From the NCBI GenBank assembly GCA_002269645.1, contig NIVC01003817.1, positions 1 to 33,718 of the forward strand: 33,718 nucleotides of DNA, read 5' to 3'. Made by a program: the position numbers and the translations under genes. Shown piece after piece: positions 11,250 through 21,507 of the stretch (its first letter is position 1; every line of letters starts with the position of its first letter). The notes beneath the pieces are model-generated. The model did no database searches, was not told the origin of the DNA, and saw nothing but the letters and a program-made list of their open reading frames with translations. This DNA comes from Macrostomum lignano (lineage: Eukaryota).

Positions 11250-12032
11250 ATCCCCCACAGCCCTCACATCTCCCACAGCCCTCACATCTCCCACAGCCCT
11301 CACATCCCCCACAGCCCTCACATCCCCCACATCCCTCACATCCCCCACATCCCCCACAGCCCTCACATACCCCACATCTCCCACAGCCCTCACATCCCCC
11401 ACATCCCCACAGCCCTCACATCCCCCACATCCCCCACAGCCCTCACATCCCCCACATCTCCCACAGCCCTCACATCCCCCACATCCCCCACAGCCCTCAC
11501 ATCCCCACATCCCCCACAGCCCTCACATCCCCCACAGCCCTCACATCCCCCACATCTCCCACAGCCCTCACATCCCCCACATCCCCACAGCCCTCACATC
11601 CCCACAGCCCTCACATCCCCCACAGCCCTCACATCCCCCACATCCCCCACAGCCCCTCACATCCCCCACAGCCCTCACATCCCTCGCATCCCCCACAGCC
11701 CTCACATCCCCCACAGCCCCCACATCCCCCACAGCCCCTCACATCCCCCACAGCCCCTCACATCCACTACAGCCCCCACAGCCCCTCACATCCCCCACAG
11801 CCCCTCACATCCCCCACAGCGCCTCACATCCCCCACAGCCCCTCACATCCCCCACATCCCCCACATCCCCCACAGCGCCTCACATCCCCCACATCCCCCA
11901 CATCCCCCACAGCGCCTCACATCCCCCACATCCCCCACATCCCCCACAGCTCCCCCACATCCCCCTCACATCCCCCACAGCCCCCACATCCCCCACAGCT
12001 CCCCCACATCCCCCTCACATCCCCCACATCCC
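11250..12032. repeat. C-rich mosaic minisatellite of CCCCACAT / CCCCACAG / CCCTCACAT units
   Basis: Short 9-10 bp related units in irregular order; it explains the His/Pro/Thr-rich ORFs at 11121-12078. Confidence 0.93.
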
Positions 12033-12335
12033 CGCTAAAATACGAGGCACTCTAAAATTAGAGCCACTCGAAATATAGATTTCAACAAGAGCTTTGTCTA
12101 ATTAGTTCACAATTGAATCCTCGCGCTGCAGCCCGGAACACTTGAAGTGAATTTGTTATGTACATAAAAATGCGCAACACGAGGGCATAACAGCGAGGCA
12201 AAAACCTGATTTGTTGAAGGTGGCTGTTTCGCAGGTTTGAGCAGACTGCTTTAAACATAGGAAGATAAGCTTGCACCGCATTATGCTAAAATTTACGTCT
12301 ACAGGGCCGCACTTGTATTTTCAACCATCCAGCAT

Positions 12336-13520
12336 TCAGCCGGACGCCTTCAGGCCCGCTGCTGGCAGCGTAGCGAGCCACTCCATGCCCAGCAGCCAGT
12401 CCTGGCCGGAGCTCAGTGCGCCCGCTGAGGTCGCAGACTTCCGTACACCGCGCCACAGCCTGCGGAACAGCCGGGAGAGCTGCCGGTGCAGGGGTGGGTT
12501 TGTGCTTGATGATAGTTTTATTTTAATAAAATAAGAAATATAAAAATTTTGAAAGTTTTGAAATATTGCAATACTTCGATGCATATGCGCATTTATGACC
12601 TAGCTCATATTTTGGATCGGGGTCCAGCTGGGTTGGATTGGGTTCCAGCTGGGTTGGATCGGGTCCAGCTGGGTTGGATCGGAGTCCAGCTGGGTTGAAT
12701 TGGGTCCAGCTGGGTTGGATTGGGTCCAGCTGGATTGGATTGGGTCCAGCTGGGTTGGATCGGAGTCCAGCTGGGTTGGATTGGGTCCAGCTGGGTTGGA
12801 TTTGGTCCAGCTGGGTTGGATCGGAGTCCAGCTGGGTTGGATTGGGTCCAGCTGGGTTGGATTGGGTCCAGCTGGGTTGGATTTAGTCCAGCTGGGTTGG
12901 ATTGGGTCCAGCTGGGTTGGATTTAGTCCAGCTGGGTTGGATTGGGTCCAGCTGGGTTGGATTTAGTCCAGCTGGGTTGGATTGGGTCCAGCTGGGTTGG
13001 ATTTAGTCCAGCTGGGTTGGATTGGGTCCAGCTGGGTTGGATTTAGTCCAGCTGGGTTGGATTGGGTCCAGCTGGGTTGGATTTAGTCCAGCTGGGTTGG
13101 ATTGGGTCCAGCTGGGTTGGATTCAGTACAGCTGGGTTGGATCGGAGTCCAGCTGGGTTGGATCGGAGTCCAGCTAGGGGGGGATATAACTGGGAATGAA
13201 ATTTCGCACCTTTCTCTTAGCAGTCCTGGCCAGCTTCCGAGCCGACCGTCCCTTGCCGGTCCTGAAAGTCGCGGTCGCCACGTCCGTCGCTTCCTCCTGA
13301 ACCAGCGGCTCCGCAGCTGCAGCTTCGCCCTCAGCTGGGCAGTCGGCCGATGCATCATCGGCGTTCGCGTCCTGCGCTGCACTGAAGCTGCCAGAAAGGA
13401 GGCCTTCTGTCTCGGCGAAGCCGGCCTCTTCTACGTCGTCACGAAGGCGACGCCAACGACGGTGACATTTCCAGGAAGTTGACGGCATGCTTGCGGCTGG
13501 CTTGCTCTTTCCCTGAGTTG
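12336..13520 (-). CDS. Possible last two exons of an unknown (orphan) gene
   Basis: A GC-rich acidic exon at about 13520-13210 ends AAG|GTGCGA. It joins in phase 0 to 12479-12336 after CCGGCAG, giving ..RKLARTAKRK|LSRLFRRLWRGVRK..ASG*. The intron carries a minisatellite, as in neighbouring genes. No start exon or recognisable domain was found. Confidence 0.3.
12612..13175. repeat. 20-bp minisatellite (GGGTCCAGCTGGGTTGGATT)
   Basis: About 28 tandem copies. Confidence 0.95.
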
Positions 13521-14949
13521 CTGTATTTAAAAGCTTCTGTCGCACTGCGCTTTGCTTTAAGACCGGGCAATGGTAATGAGAGCGGGCAGCCAGCAGTCAG
13601 TGTCAGACCCTTCTGCCCCCCACCCCCGACATTCTCTGCCCAGTTATAAACTTTCAGAGTACTTTTGAGCAGCAGCACAGAGCTGTACAATATGCTGGGT
13701 TGACGCCCTGCGCTGCACCCGCAGCTGCTGCCGTCACAGAGCACTCAGCGGCTCTCTATGCTCAGCTATTCTTCCGAAAACCAGAGTTGCCGCCTGCCTT
13801 CTCTATAGAAAACAATAATTTAAATACGCGGTGCGAGGGCGCGATGCGCCATTACTTGTGTGTCACCTCAGCTGCATGGAAGCACACAAATTTACAAATA
13901 CTAACCTTGGGAATAAAGGCTTGTGTTCAATGAAGTACCGCCCAAACTTTAGTGCTGTGAGCAAGAGCAACTGTCATACCTGTAGGAATCTCTGGTTATC
14001 AACTTTTGTAATTCCTCCTCACCCATCTCACATTTGTTTACGTGCTCAACCATGCAGTTGGGCTCACAAATGTGTGCTCAGCTTTGCAGTCTGCAGTAAC
14101 AACAGCCCAGCAGCAGGTACCGCTTCCAAAGCTTCTTAGCAACCCTGCTGAATCGAAGACTTCTTTAATGATGAAATGAGTCTATACTGACTATGATTGT
14201 GTACTGTTGCCATAGCAACGGTGCCTGGACTCTTAGCTGTTCGCTCAGCTGCCATGAGTCTGTGACGTGTCTACGACCAGCCAGTGCCTCGAGTTACCTT
14301 GCAGAGTTAAAATGTGATGAAGGCTGCACGCATTGCTCGGAAAGTGGTGAACCCTGAAGTAAAAAATGGTAACTAACAAGGTGAACTCGTCCACAAGCCC
14401 CACTGCGTGCAAAAAGGCTAAAAAGAATTGTGAAAAAACTGCCTGGAAGCACTCCGCTCCCGGTGTCGTTCTGCTGCTTCAGCAGATCACGAATTCAATC
14501 GCCTTGGCCCTCAAGGTCTCAATGATAGTCCAGGATACTCAATACCGGTCCCAATTTCCAATTCAAAGTTGAAAAAAATTATCGACAAAAGCGCGCGTAC
14601 TTTACGAGCTACTTGCAGCAAGCGCTTTTTTTCCAGAGAGTTTACCTTCTGCACTGAAGGCACAGAGAGATGTGGCAGCAATGTTTGCTCAATAAGATAC
14701 TGAATGAAGTGCTTTGCTGACTTGAGGACAATTCTATGCTGGAAAAGAAGCCTGCCTTCAGGCCAATGCCGTTCTTCATAGCAGCAGCGCGCAGCAGGCA
14801 ATGCATCTCTATGGCAACCAGCCCGCATCAAAGCCGCTCGGGCCGGAGGTAGATAAAGGCGAGCAAAAGCATCGGACTGGCTCAGTCTCGTGTTATTTGT
14901 CTCAAGAACAGTTTAACTCTTTACTACTGTCTCCATCAAGTGGTCGCAC

Positions 14950-16983
14950 ATGGAAGATGTGAGTTCCTGTTTGTGGGCCTTCCGAGAATTAAGAAAAAAT
15001 CAGCATTAGCTGAGGCGCTCTCAAAAACGCTGTAAAGGACATTTCGCACTCACATGTAGTTCGTATAACCTCAGGCGGATGTGTTGCCTCACTTCAAAGT
15101 CCCCGAACGAACCTGAAACAGTAATAGGCAGAATATTGTAAGGCGTTATGTAAAAAGCCGCACAAATACAAATGAACTATTTTTAGAACAAAGTCCACGC
15201 CACGCCAGCTTCAGAAGAGAGTAAGAGCACTGGAGCACTGCTGACGCAGGTCCTGGCCGCGGCTGCCAGCGAGACCACAGCCCACGGGCTCAGCAGGCTG
15301 GCGGGCCAGAGGCCGCTCTACATCAAGCTCTGCTGGCTGCTGGCCTTCCTGGCCCTGCTCGCTGTGTTCACCTTCAGCATGCACGGCTTCACAAGCAAGC
15401 TCGTCAGAGGCGAGGTCAGCACTTCCTACGAGGCCGAGGCTGTGGACTTCCAGTTTCCCGACGTGTACTTCTGCAACAATGTCCAGGTGTCGGGCACCTA
15501 CTCCGTCACGCTCGCCAGCGAGTTCGTCACCGACATCAACGCCAGGGTGACCGCCTCGCTCGCCACCTTCGACTCGGCGCTGCAACGGCTGCTCAACTCG
15601 TCGCTCGCGAACGCCACCGAGTCTCAAATCGAGCAGATGAAGCTGTACAGACTGAAGTCCGCCATCCAGTCAATGCCGTACAGCTTGCTGGTGGACCATC
15701 TCGCTCACAAGGAGCAGCAGACGGTACTGAAGAACGACAGCAAGTCGGGCGTCTCCCTCAGACCCTTCTATCACTCGAATCACCTCAAGTGTCTCAAGGT
15801 CGAGCTGACCGAGCAGAGACTCGCTGAGCTGAGCAAGGTCAACTCGGAGATCAGCTTCCAGTTCATTCTGGATCCGTACTTCACCGACTTTTATAGCGTA
15901 TTGAATGTCAGCGCGTATTCACAGGTAATGAGCGTGACGGTCCCGCTGTACAACAACCTGAGTACATTCGTGTACGACTGGGACCTGGACTCGCCCTACG
16001 AGATCGACAGGCCGATGGGAATGAGGCTGTACCTGGCTCCTCGAGGCGAGTACCCGAGCAGGTTCGTGACCAACTTCCTGCTCGCTCCCGGCAGGTCCTA
16101 CAGCATCGGGCTCAGCATGCAGAGCATCAAGAAGGAGCCCGAGGCGTACGGCGGACGCTGCCTGACGGAGGCTCCCGACGTGCAGTTCGTCAATCCGTAC
16201 GACGGCTCGGCGTACGCGTTCGGCTACAGCAACAGCTTCTGCTACTTCTCAGAGTTCGCTCGGCAGCTGTCTGTGAACGGCGGCTGCAGTCCGTACGTGA
16301 ACCCGCTGCCGTGGCAGTTCAGGCACCTGCGCTTCTGCCTGAATGCGAGCGGCCTGAACGAGTCTCAGATCGAGTCGAACCTCCTGCAGGCGTTCACAGC
16401 TGACACGGCCGCGCTGAGCGACTTCCAGCAGCTGTGCCAGAGCAGGCAGCTGTGCGTGTCACGGAAGTACGAGACCAGCACCTCCAGCGCGAACTGGCCC
16501 AACGAGAACGGGCAGATCCGGCTTGTCACGGGCATCATGAAGACTATTCTGGACAAATCTCCAAGCACATATCGGCCTGCCTGGAGGGCGATACTTCACT
16601 CCGTGAGGCAGCACTTTTCTGCGGAAGATGAGGAGGAGAATATTTCTGACGCAGAAGCTCTGGCCAACAAGTTCTTCTCCCGCTCGGGCCTGGAGGTGAC
16701 GCTGCGCAGCCAGCAGTCGCGCAGCTCGCAGATCCGGCTGTCGCCCGGCTACTCTCTGCAGACGTTCATCGCCGACATTGGCGGCACTGCGGGCATCTAC
16801 CTCGGCTGCAGCCTGCTGAGCCTGTGCGAGCTCGTCGAGCTGCTGTACAACCTGATCAAAGTGCTGAAGAGGCGCCCGAATGCAAACGCAGTACACGCGA
16901 TGCCTAAAATGCAAAATGGCAGCTCTGCTCATTTAGATGAAGGAAAACTCGATGAAATGAGCTCAGAGCAACAGCGGGTTTGA
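14950..16983 (+). CDS. DEG/ENaC (amiloride-sensitive channel / ASIC-like) subunit, about 601 aa
   Basis: Large exon 15187-16983 plus a predicted 9-nt first exon 14950-14958 (ATG GAA GAT|GTGAGT ... TTTTAG, phase 0; this exon is less certain). Features: ETTAHG motif, TM1 (LCWLLAFLALLAVF), FPDVYFCN, Cys-rich thumb domain, and TM2 FIADIGGTAGIYLGCSLLSLCELVE with a G-x-S filter. Confidence 0.93.
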
Positions 16984-17679
16984 TATTTTGAGAAAGGACT
17001 TTCGTTGGATAAGGAAGCATGTGTTTTTATCTTTGCGGAAAGAGTTTGATTGTCTTTGACAGCCTTGAAATCCATGGCTTGAAACTTTTCACAAGCGCTC
17101 GTACATTCGAGACAGTATGTGTTGCAAGAACCAAGCAGAATTCAATATTCCTAGAAAACTTTAGATTTCGGATATTGTTATTTACATGTAAAACTGTGTC
17201 CTTTAGTTGGACGAAAAACATCGGCAATTCAAAAAAATAAAACCAATCTCATTCATGTTGATCGTCTCTTTCATTTAATAAACTTCAGACTCAACACCAG
17301 AAACAGCAGCAAAAAGTTATTCGATATCTTGAGCCGGCTTTTCTACGAGTAGCCTTAAGCAGCTAAATCCAGAACCTTCTTGGAGCTCTATATGAGAGCA
17401 GACAAGTCCTCAGAAGCATGGTTGGATTCTTTTAGAGGCAGGAGGCTGTATGCACCCTGGAGCACCTTTAAGCGACACTGTCACAACCGTCAAGAGAGAA
17501 ATTTCTGCCCATTCTGCCGACTCCCCTTAGCAGGCAGTCATGCGCATCGGCATACTGGAGTGTACAGCGGCCTCAACTTTATTCATCGGCATGTACATTC
17601 CACTTCGCCTTGGGGGTTGGCGTTAATTGCACGAGCAGACCCAAGCTGAGATTCAAATTTAGTCCCAAATTAATATGAC

Positions 17680-17740
17680 CACTTGGAATCGAGCCTGGGA
17701 CCGCTGGCACATTAGAGTGCTGCGCTGGACCACTGATGTA
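17680..17740 (-). mobile_element. Possible tRNA-derived SINE fragment
   Basis: Minus strand has CAGTGGTCCAGCGCA (A-box/D-arm-like) and GGCTCGATTCC (B-box-like) at tRNA-like spacing; degenerate. Confidence 0.25.
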
Positions 17741-18133
17741 CAAGTTGATGCAAACGGTGTGTGATCACACGAAATTTAGCCTTATTTGATGGTGCTGAAC
17801 GAGTCTGAAGCCTTATAAATTTACTACAGGGTGCATACTACGTACGGATTCATATTAGATTTATTAGTTTTAAGACAGTGATACAGTGAAATGCTCGCAG
17901 CGACGCTCTCTGCGGATCCTTGTTTCAAAGGCAGCCATTAAAAAGGTGCAGTTGATGCACGAGAAACTGCACTCAGCAGCATCTAAACCCACCCCCTGGC
18001 GCGGCTTGCCGGGTGCCGCGGCTCAGCAGAGTTGCGTAACAACCACCTCTCACCTCTAGGAGGCGGCAGTAAAAACGCAGGAATGTGGCTGTCAGTGTGG
18101 CAGTCAGTGATTGCGATTACACTGGTGAGGCAC

Positions 18134-18590
18134 ATGACGACCACCGCTGAAAAGCTGCGAGCTGTCGGAATGGCTGAAGCTGCATGACACGCACTTCTTG
18201 CCGGCTGCGCGCTGAAGACGATCCGGCAGCTGCTGGCCAAATGGCAACGCACCAGCTCGGTTGACCATGGCAACTCTGGCCGACTGCGAGAGCTGACGAC
18301 TTCTTTGGCTTGTCCGCGCGAACCGGACATTGCCAGCCAGCCACGATGCTGCGCCTGCTATGGCGCGAGAGTTCATCACGCCAGCTGCTCAGTGCCCAGA
18401 CAGTCCAGCGCAGAATCCGGGAGACAGCGTTCCGTTCCCGGAAGATGAGGAAGCGGCTGCGACTGTCACCTGCGCAGTGAAGGCGAGTGGTTTTCAGCGA
18501 CGAGGGTCACTTTCGTCTTTTCCACAGCGACGGCCAAGTGCATGTGTGGCGGGAGCCTGGACAGGAGCTTCTCCCAGAGTGCGTGTGTGG
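18134..18590 (+). mobile_element. Tc1/mariner transposase pseudogene (N-terminal HTH to first catalytic Asp)
   Basis: Pieced translation: MTTTAEKLRAVGMAEAA*..GCALKTIRQLLAKWQRTSSVD..SGRLRELT / LSAQTVQRRIRE..RSRK..LSPAQ*RRVVFSDEGHFRLFHSDGQVHVWREPGQELLPECV. These match Tc1 HTH and VxFSDE..F.L..DG..VWR motifs. It has stops, frameshifts and a deletion. A possible left end is TA|CAGTG at 17884; no right TIR was seen. Confidence 0.88.
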
Positions 18591-19025
18591 CGGGAGCCTG
18601 GACAGGAGCTTCTCTCAGAGTGCGTGTGTGGCGGGAGCCTGGACAGGAGCTTCTCCCAGAGTGCGTGTGTGGCGGGAGCCTGGACAGGAGCTTCTCCCAG
18701 AGTGCGTGTGTGGCGGGAGCCTGGACAGGAGCTTCTCTCAGAGTGCGTGTGTGGCGGGAGCCTGGACAGGAGCTTCTCCAGAGTGCGTGTGTGGCGGGAG
18801 CCTGGACAGGAGCTTCTCTCAGAGTGCGTGTGTGGCGGGAGCCTGGACAGGAGCTTCTCCCAGAGTGCGTGTGTGGCGGGAGCCTGGACAGGAGCTTCTC
18901 CCAGAGTGCGTGTGTGGCGGGAGCCTGGACAGGAGCTTCTCCCAGAGTGCGTGTGTGGCGGGAGCCTGGACAGGAGCTTCTCTCAGAGTGCGTGTGTGGC
19001 GGGAGCCTGGACAGGAGCTTCTCCC
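18536..19025. repeat. 41-bp minisatellite amplified from Tc1 transposase coding sequence
   Basis: Unit CGTGTGTGGCGGGAGCCTGGACAGGAGCTTCTCCCAGAGTG, about 12 copies. The first copy is the in-frame VWREPGQELLPEC segment. Confidence 0.93.
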
Positions 19026-19400
19026 GGCACTCACACTTCCCCGGGGATAAACACTCCGGCACTCACACTTCCCCGGGGATAAACACTCCGGCACTCACAC
19101 TTCCCCGGGGAAAAACACTCCGGCACTCACACTTCCCCGGGGATAAACACTCCGGCACTCACACTTCCCCGGGGATAAACACTCCGGCACTCACACTTCC
19201 CCGGGGATAAACACTCCGGCACTCACACTTCCCCGGGGATAAACACTCCGACACTCACACTTCCCCGGGGATAAACACTCCGGCAATCACACTTCCCGGG
19301 GATAAACACTCCGGCACTCACACTTCCCCGGGGATAAACACTCCGGCACTCACACTTCCCCGGGGATAAACACTCCGACAATCACAATTTGCTTGGGATA
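19024..19400. repeat. 32-bp minisatellite (CCGGCACTCACACTTCCCCGGGGATAAACACT)
   Basis: About 11 head-to-tail copies with no spacers, directly abutting the 41-bp array. Confidence 0.93.
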
Positions 19401-19954
19401 AACATCCCGATATTTGAGGCAAATAAAAATCTTTTTAATATGGTCTTGGCATGTTTTTTATTTCTGTTGTCTGATAGCTTTGCAAGAGATATGAAACCGT
19501 TGTGTGAAATTTCTAATATTTCGGAGCATCTCGATCAGACAGTGAATTTTAAAAAAATTATACATAGGATATTTGCCCCAGTTTTCTGCTTGGCTTTCTT
19601 TCCTGAGTGGTTTGAATTTCAAAGTGGATCCTCACCGCCTGCAAGTCGCAGACACTGGTGCCAGTGTTTGCCCCAGTGCCTGGCGTGGCTGGGAAAGCCC
19701 TGGAGGGAGCTGCTGCTTTCCACAGGACACTTGCAGCTGCTTGAGAGAATAAAGCTCTGGGCATGGAGCTGTGTCAATAGAGTTGGCTCGGATGCACTCA
19801 TCATCACCCACTCAATGCAGCTCGGCAGTCCAAGTCACTCGCTATTGAAGAATCAGCCATTTTAGTTACAGGCCCCACGGAGAGAACGACGGTTTTCGGC
19901 AACTGGAGAATATGATTCGGAGACTCGTGGATTGGGAGATGTATAGGTTTATTG

Positions 19955-20908
19955 ACGTCACCAGTTAGATCACTGGTTCATTCACCGTCACCAGTTAAAT
20001 CACTGGTTCATTCACCGTCACCAATTAAATCACTGGTTCATTCACCGTCACCAGTTAAATCACTGGTTCATTCACCGTCACCAGTTAAATCACTGGTTCA
20101 TTCACCGTCACCAATTAAATCACTGGTTCATTCACCATCACCAGTTAAATCACTGGTTCATTCACCGTCACCAATTAAATCACTGGTTCATTCACGTCAC
20201 CAGTTAGATCACTGGTTCATTCACCGTCACCAGTTAAATCACTGGTTCATTCACCGTCACCAATTAAATCACTGGTTCATTCACGTCACCAGTTAGATCA
20301 CTGGTTCATTCACCGTCACCAGTTAAATCACTGGTTCATTCACGTCACCAGTTAAATCACTGGTTCATTCACCGTCACCAGTTAAATCACTGGTTCATTC
20401 ACGTCACCAGTTAGATCACTGGTTCATTCACCGTCACCAGTTAAATCACTGGTTCATTCACGTCACCAGTTAGATCACTGATTCATTCACCGTCACCAGT
20501 TAAATCACTGGTTCATTCACCGTCACCAGTTAAATCACTGGTTCATTCACCGTCACCAGTTAGACCATTGGTTCATTCACGTCACCAGTTAGATCACTGG
20601 TTCATTCACCGTCACCAGTTAAATCACTGGTTCATTCACCGTCACCAGTTAAATCACTGGTTCATTCACCGTCACCAGTTAAATCACTGGTTCATTCACC
20701 GTCACCAGTTAAATCACTGGTTCATTCACCGTCACCAGTTAAATCACTGGTTCATTCACCGTCACCAGTTAAATCACTGGTTCATTCACCGTCACCAGTT
20801 AAATCACTGGTTCATTCACCGTCACCAGTTAAATCACTGGTTCATTCACCGTCACCAGTTAAACCATTGGTTCATTCACGTCACCAGTTAGATCCCTGGT
20901 TCATTCAC
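19955..20908. repeat. 30-bp minisatellite (TCACCGTCACCAGTTAAATCACTGGTTCAT)
   Basis: About 31 copies, some 29 bp; each has an internal inverted repeat CCAGT-N6-ACTGG. Confidence 0.95.
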
Positions 20909-21507
20909 ACGAACGCTAAGCTGGAATATCAAAGAACTGAGCACACGAAAGAGATAAAATTCAAACTTAAAGTTTGATAAGAGCGTGGCGCAGTGCAACA
21001 GAAGCACTTGACAACCCATGTATTTACTGCAATAGCAATCTGCAGGAATGCCAGGGGTGCACTCCTATTCGCTCAGGGAAGCCAAAGCTGTCTTTGCTTA
21101 CTGTATAGTTATTCTAATCTAATACATCAGTGTAATAAGATACTTAAATAATAATCACAGCCAATAAATTTTAGTGCAAAAATATAGAATATAAAAACCA
21201 TAAACTGAGATAAATTTTGCCGCTCTGCACACACAAATGGCGCAAAACGGCTATTTGAAAATAGATTATAATAGCATCGCATTAAAGCTACTTACAGTAA
21301 TATTGATAGTACCATGTAAAAACGCCAAAAATTACGGATTTCTGTTTTAATGAAGCTAGTAAAAAGCTCTTGCACTACTTTCGGCGGCAGTCAAATCAAG
21401 CAAAAACTGTTGCTGATTGAAAGAGCTGCGGCAGCTTAAATTGGCTCCATGACCTGCAATGCGGAATGGATTAAGCAATAATCCTGCACTCAGTCTGTCC
21501 CTGCCAG

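Noticed and set aside
11121-12078. 305-316 aa His/Pro/Thr-rich ORFs (extensin- or mucin-like)
   Set aside because: Several frames are open only because the C-rich repeat lacks stops; there is no splice or domain support.
19024-19400. CRISPR-like repeat: TTCCCCGGGGATAAAC resembles the ends of the type I-E repeat
   Set aside because: Units are head-to-tail with no unique spacers, there is no loop between CCCC and GGGG, no cas genes or leader, and the context is eukaryotic.
19389-19865. 158-aa plus-strand ORF, or a further minus-strand exon of the Macro-TIR gene
   Set aside because: TTG start inside the repeat edge, no recognisable motif, and no convincing phase-0 exon.
19955-20908. 30-bp palindromic repeat array as CRISPR
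   Set aside because: No spacers; it is a plain minisatellite.
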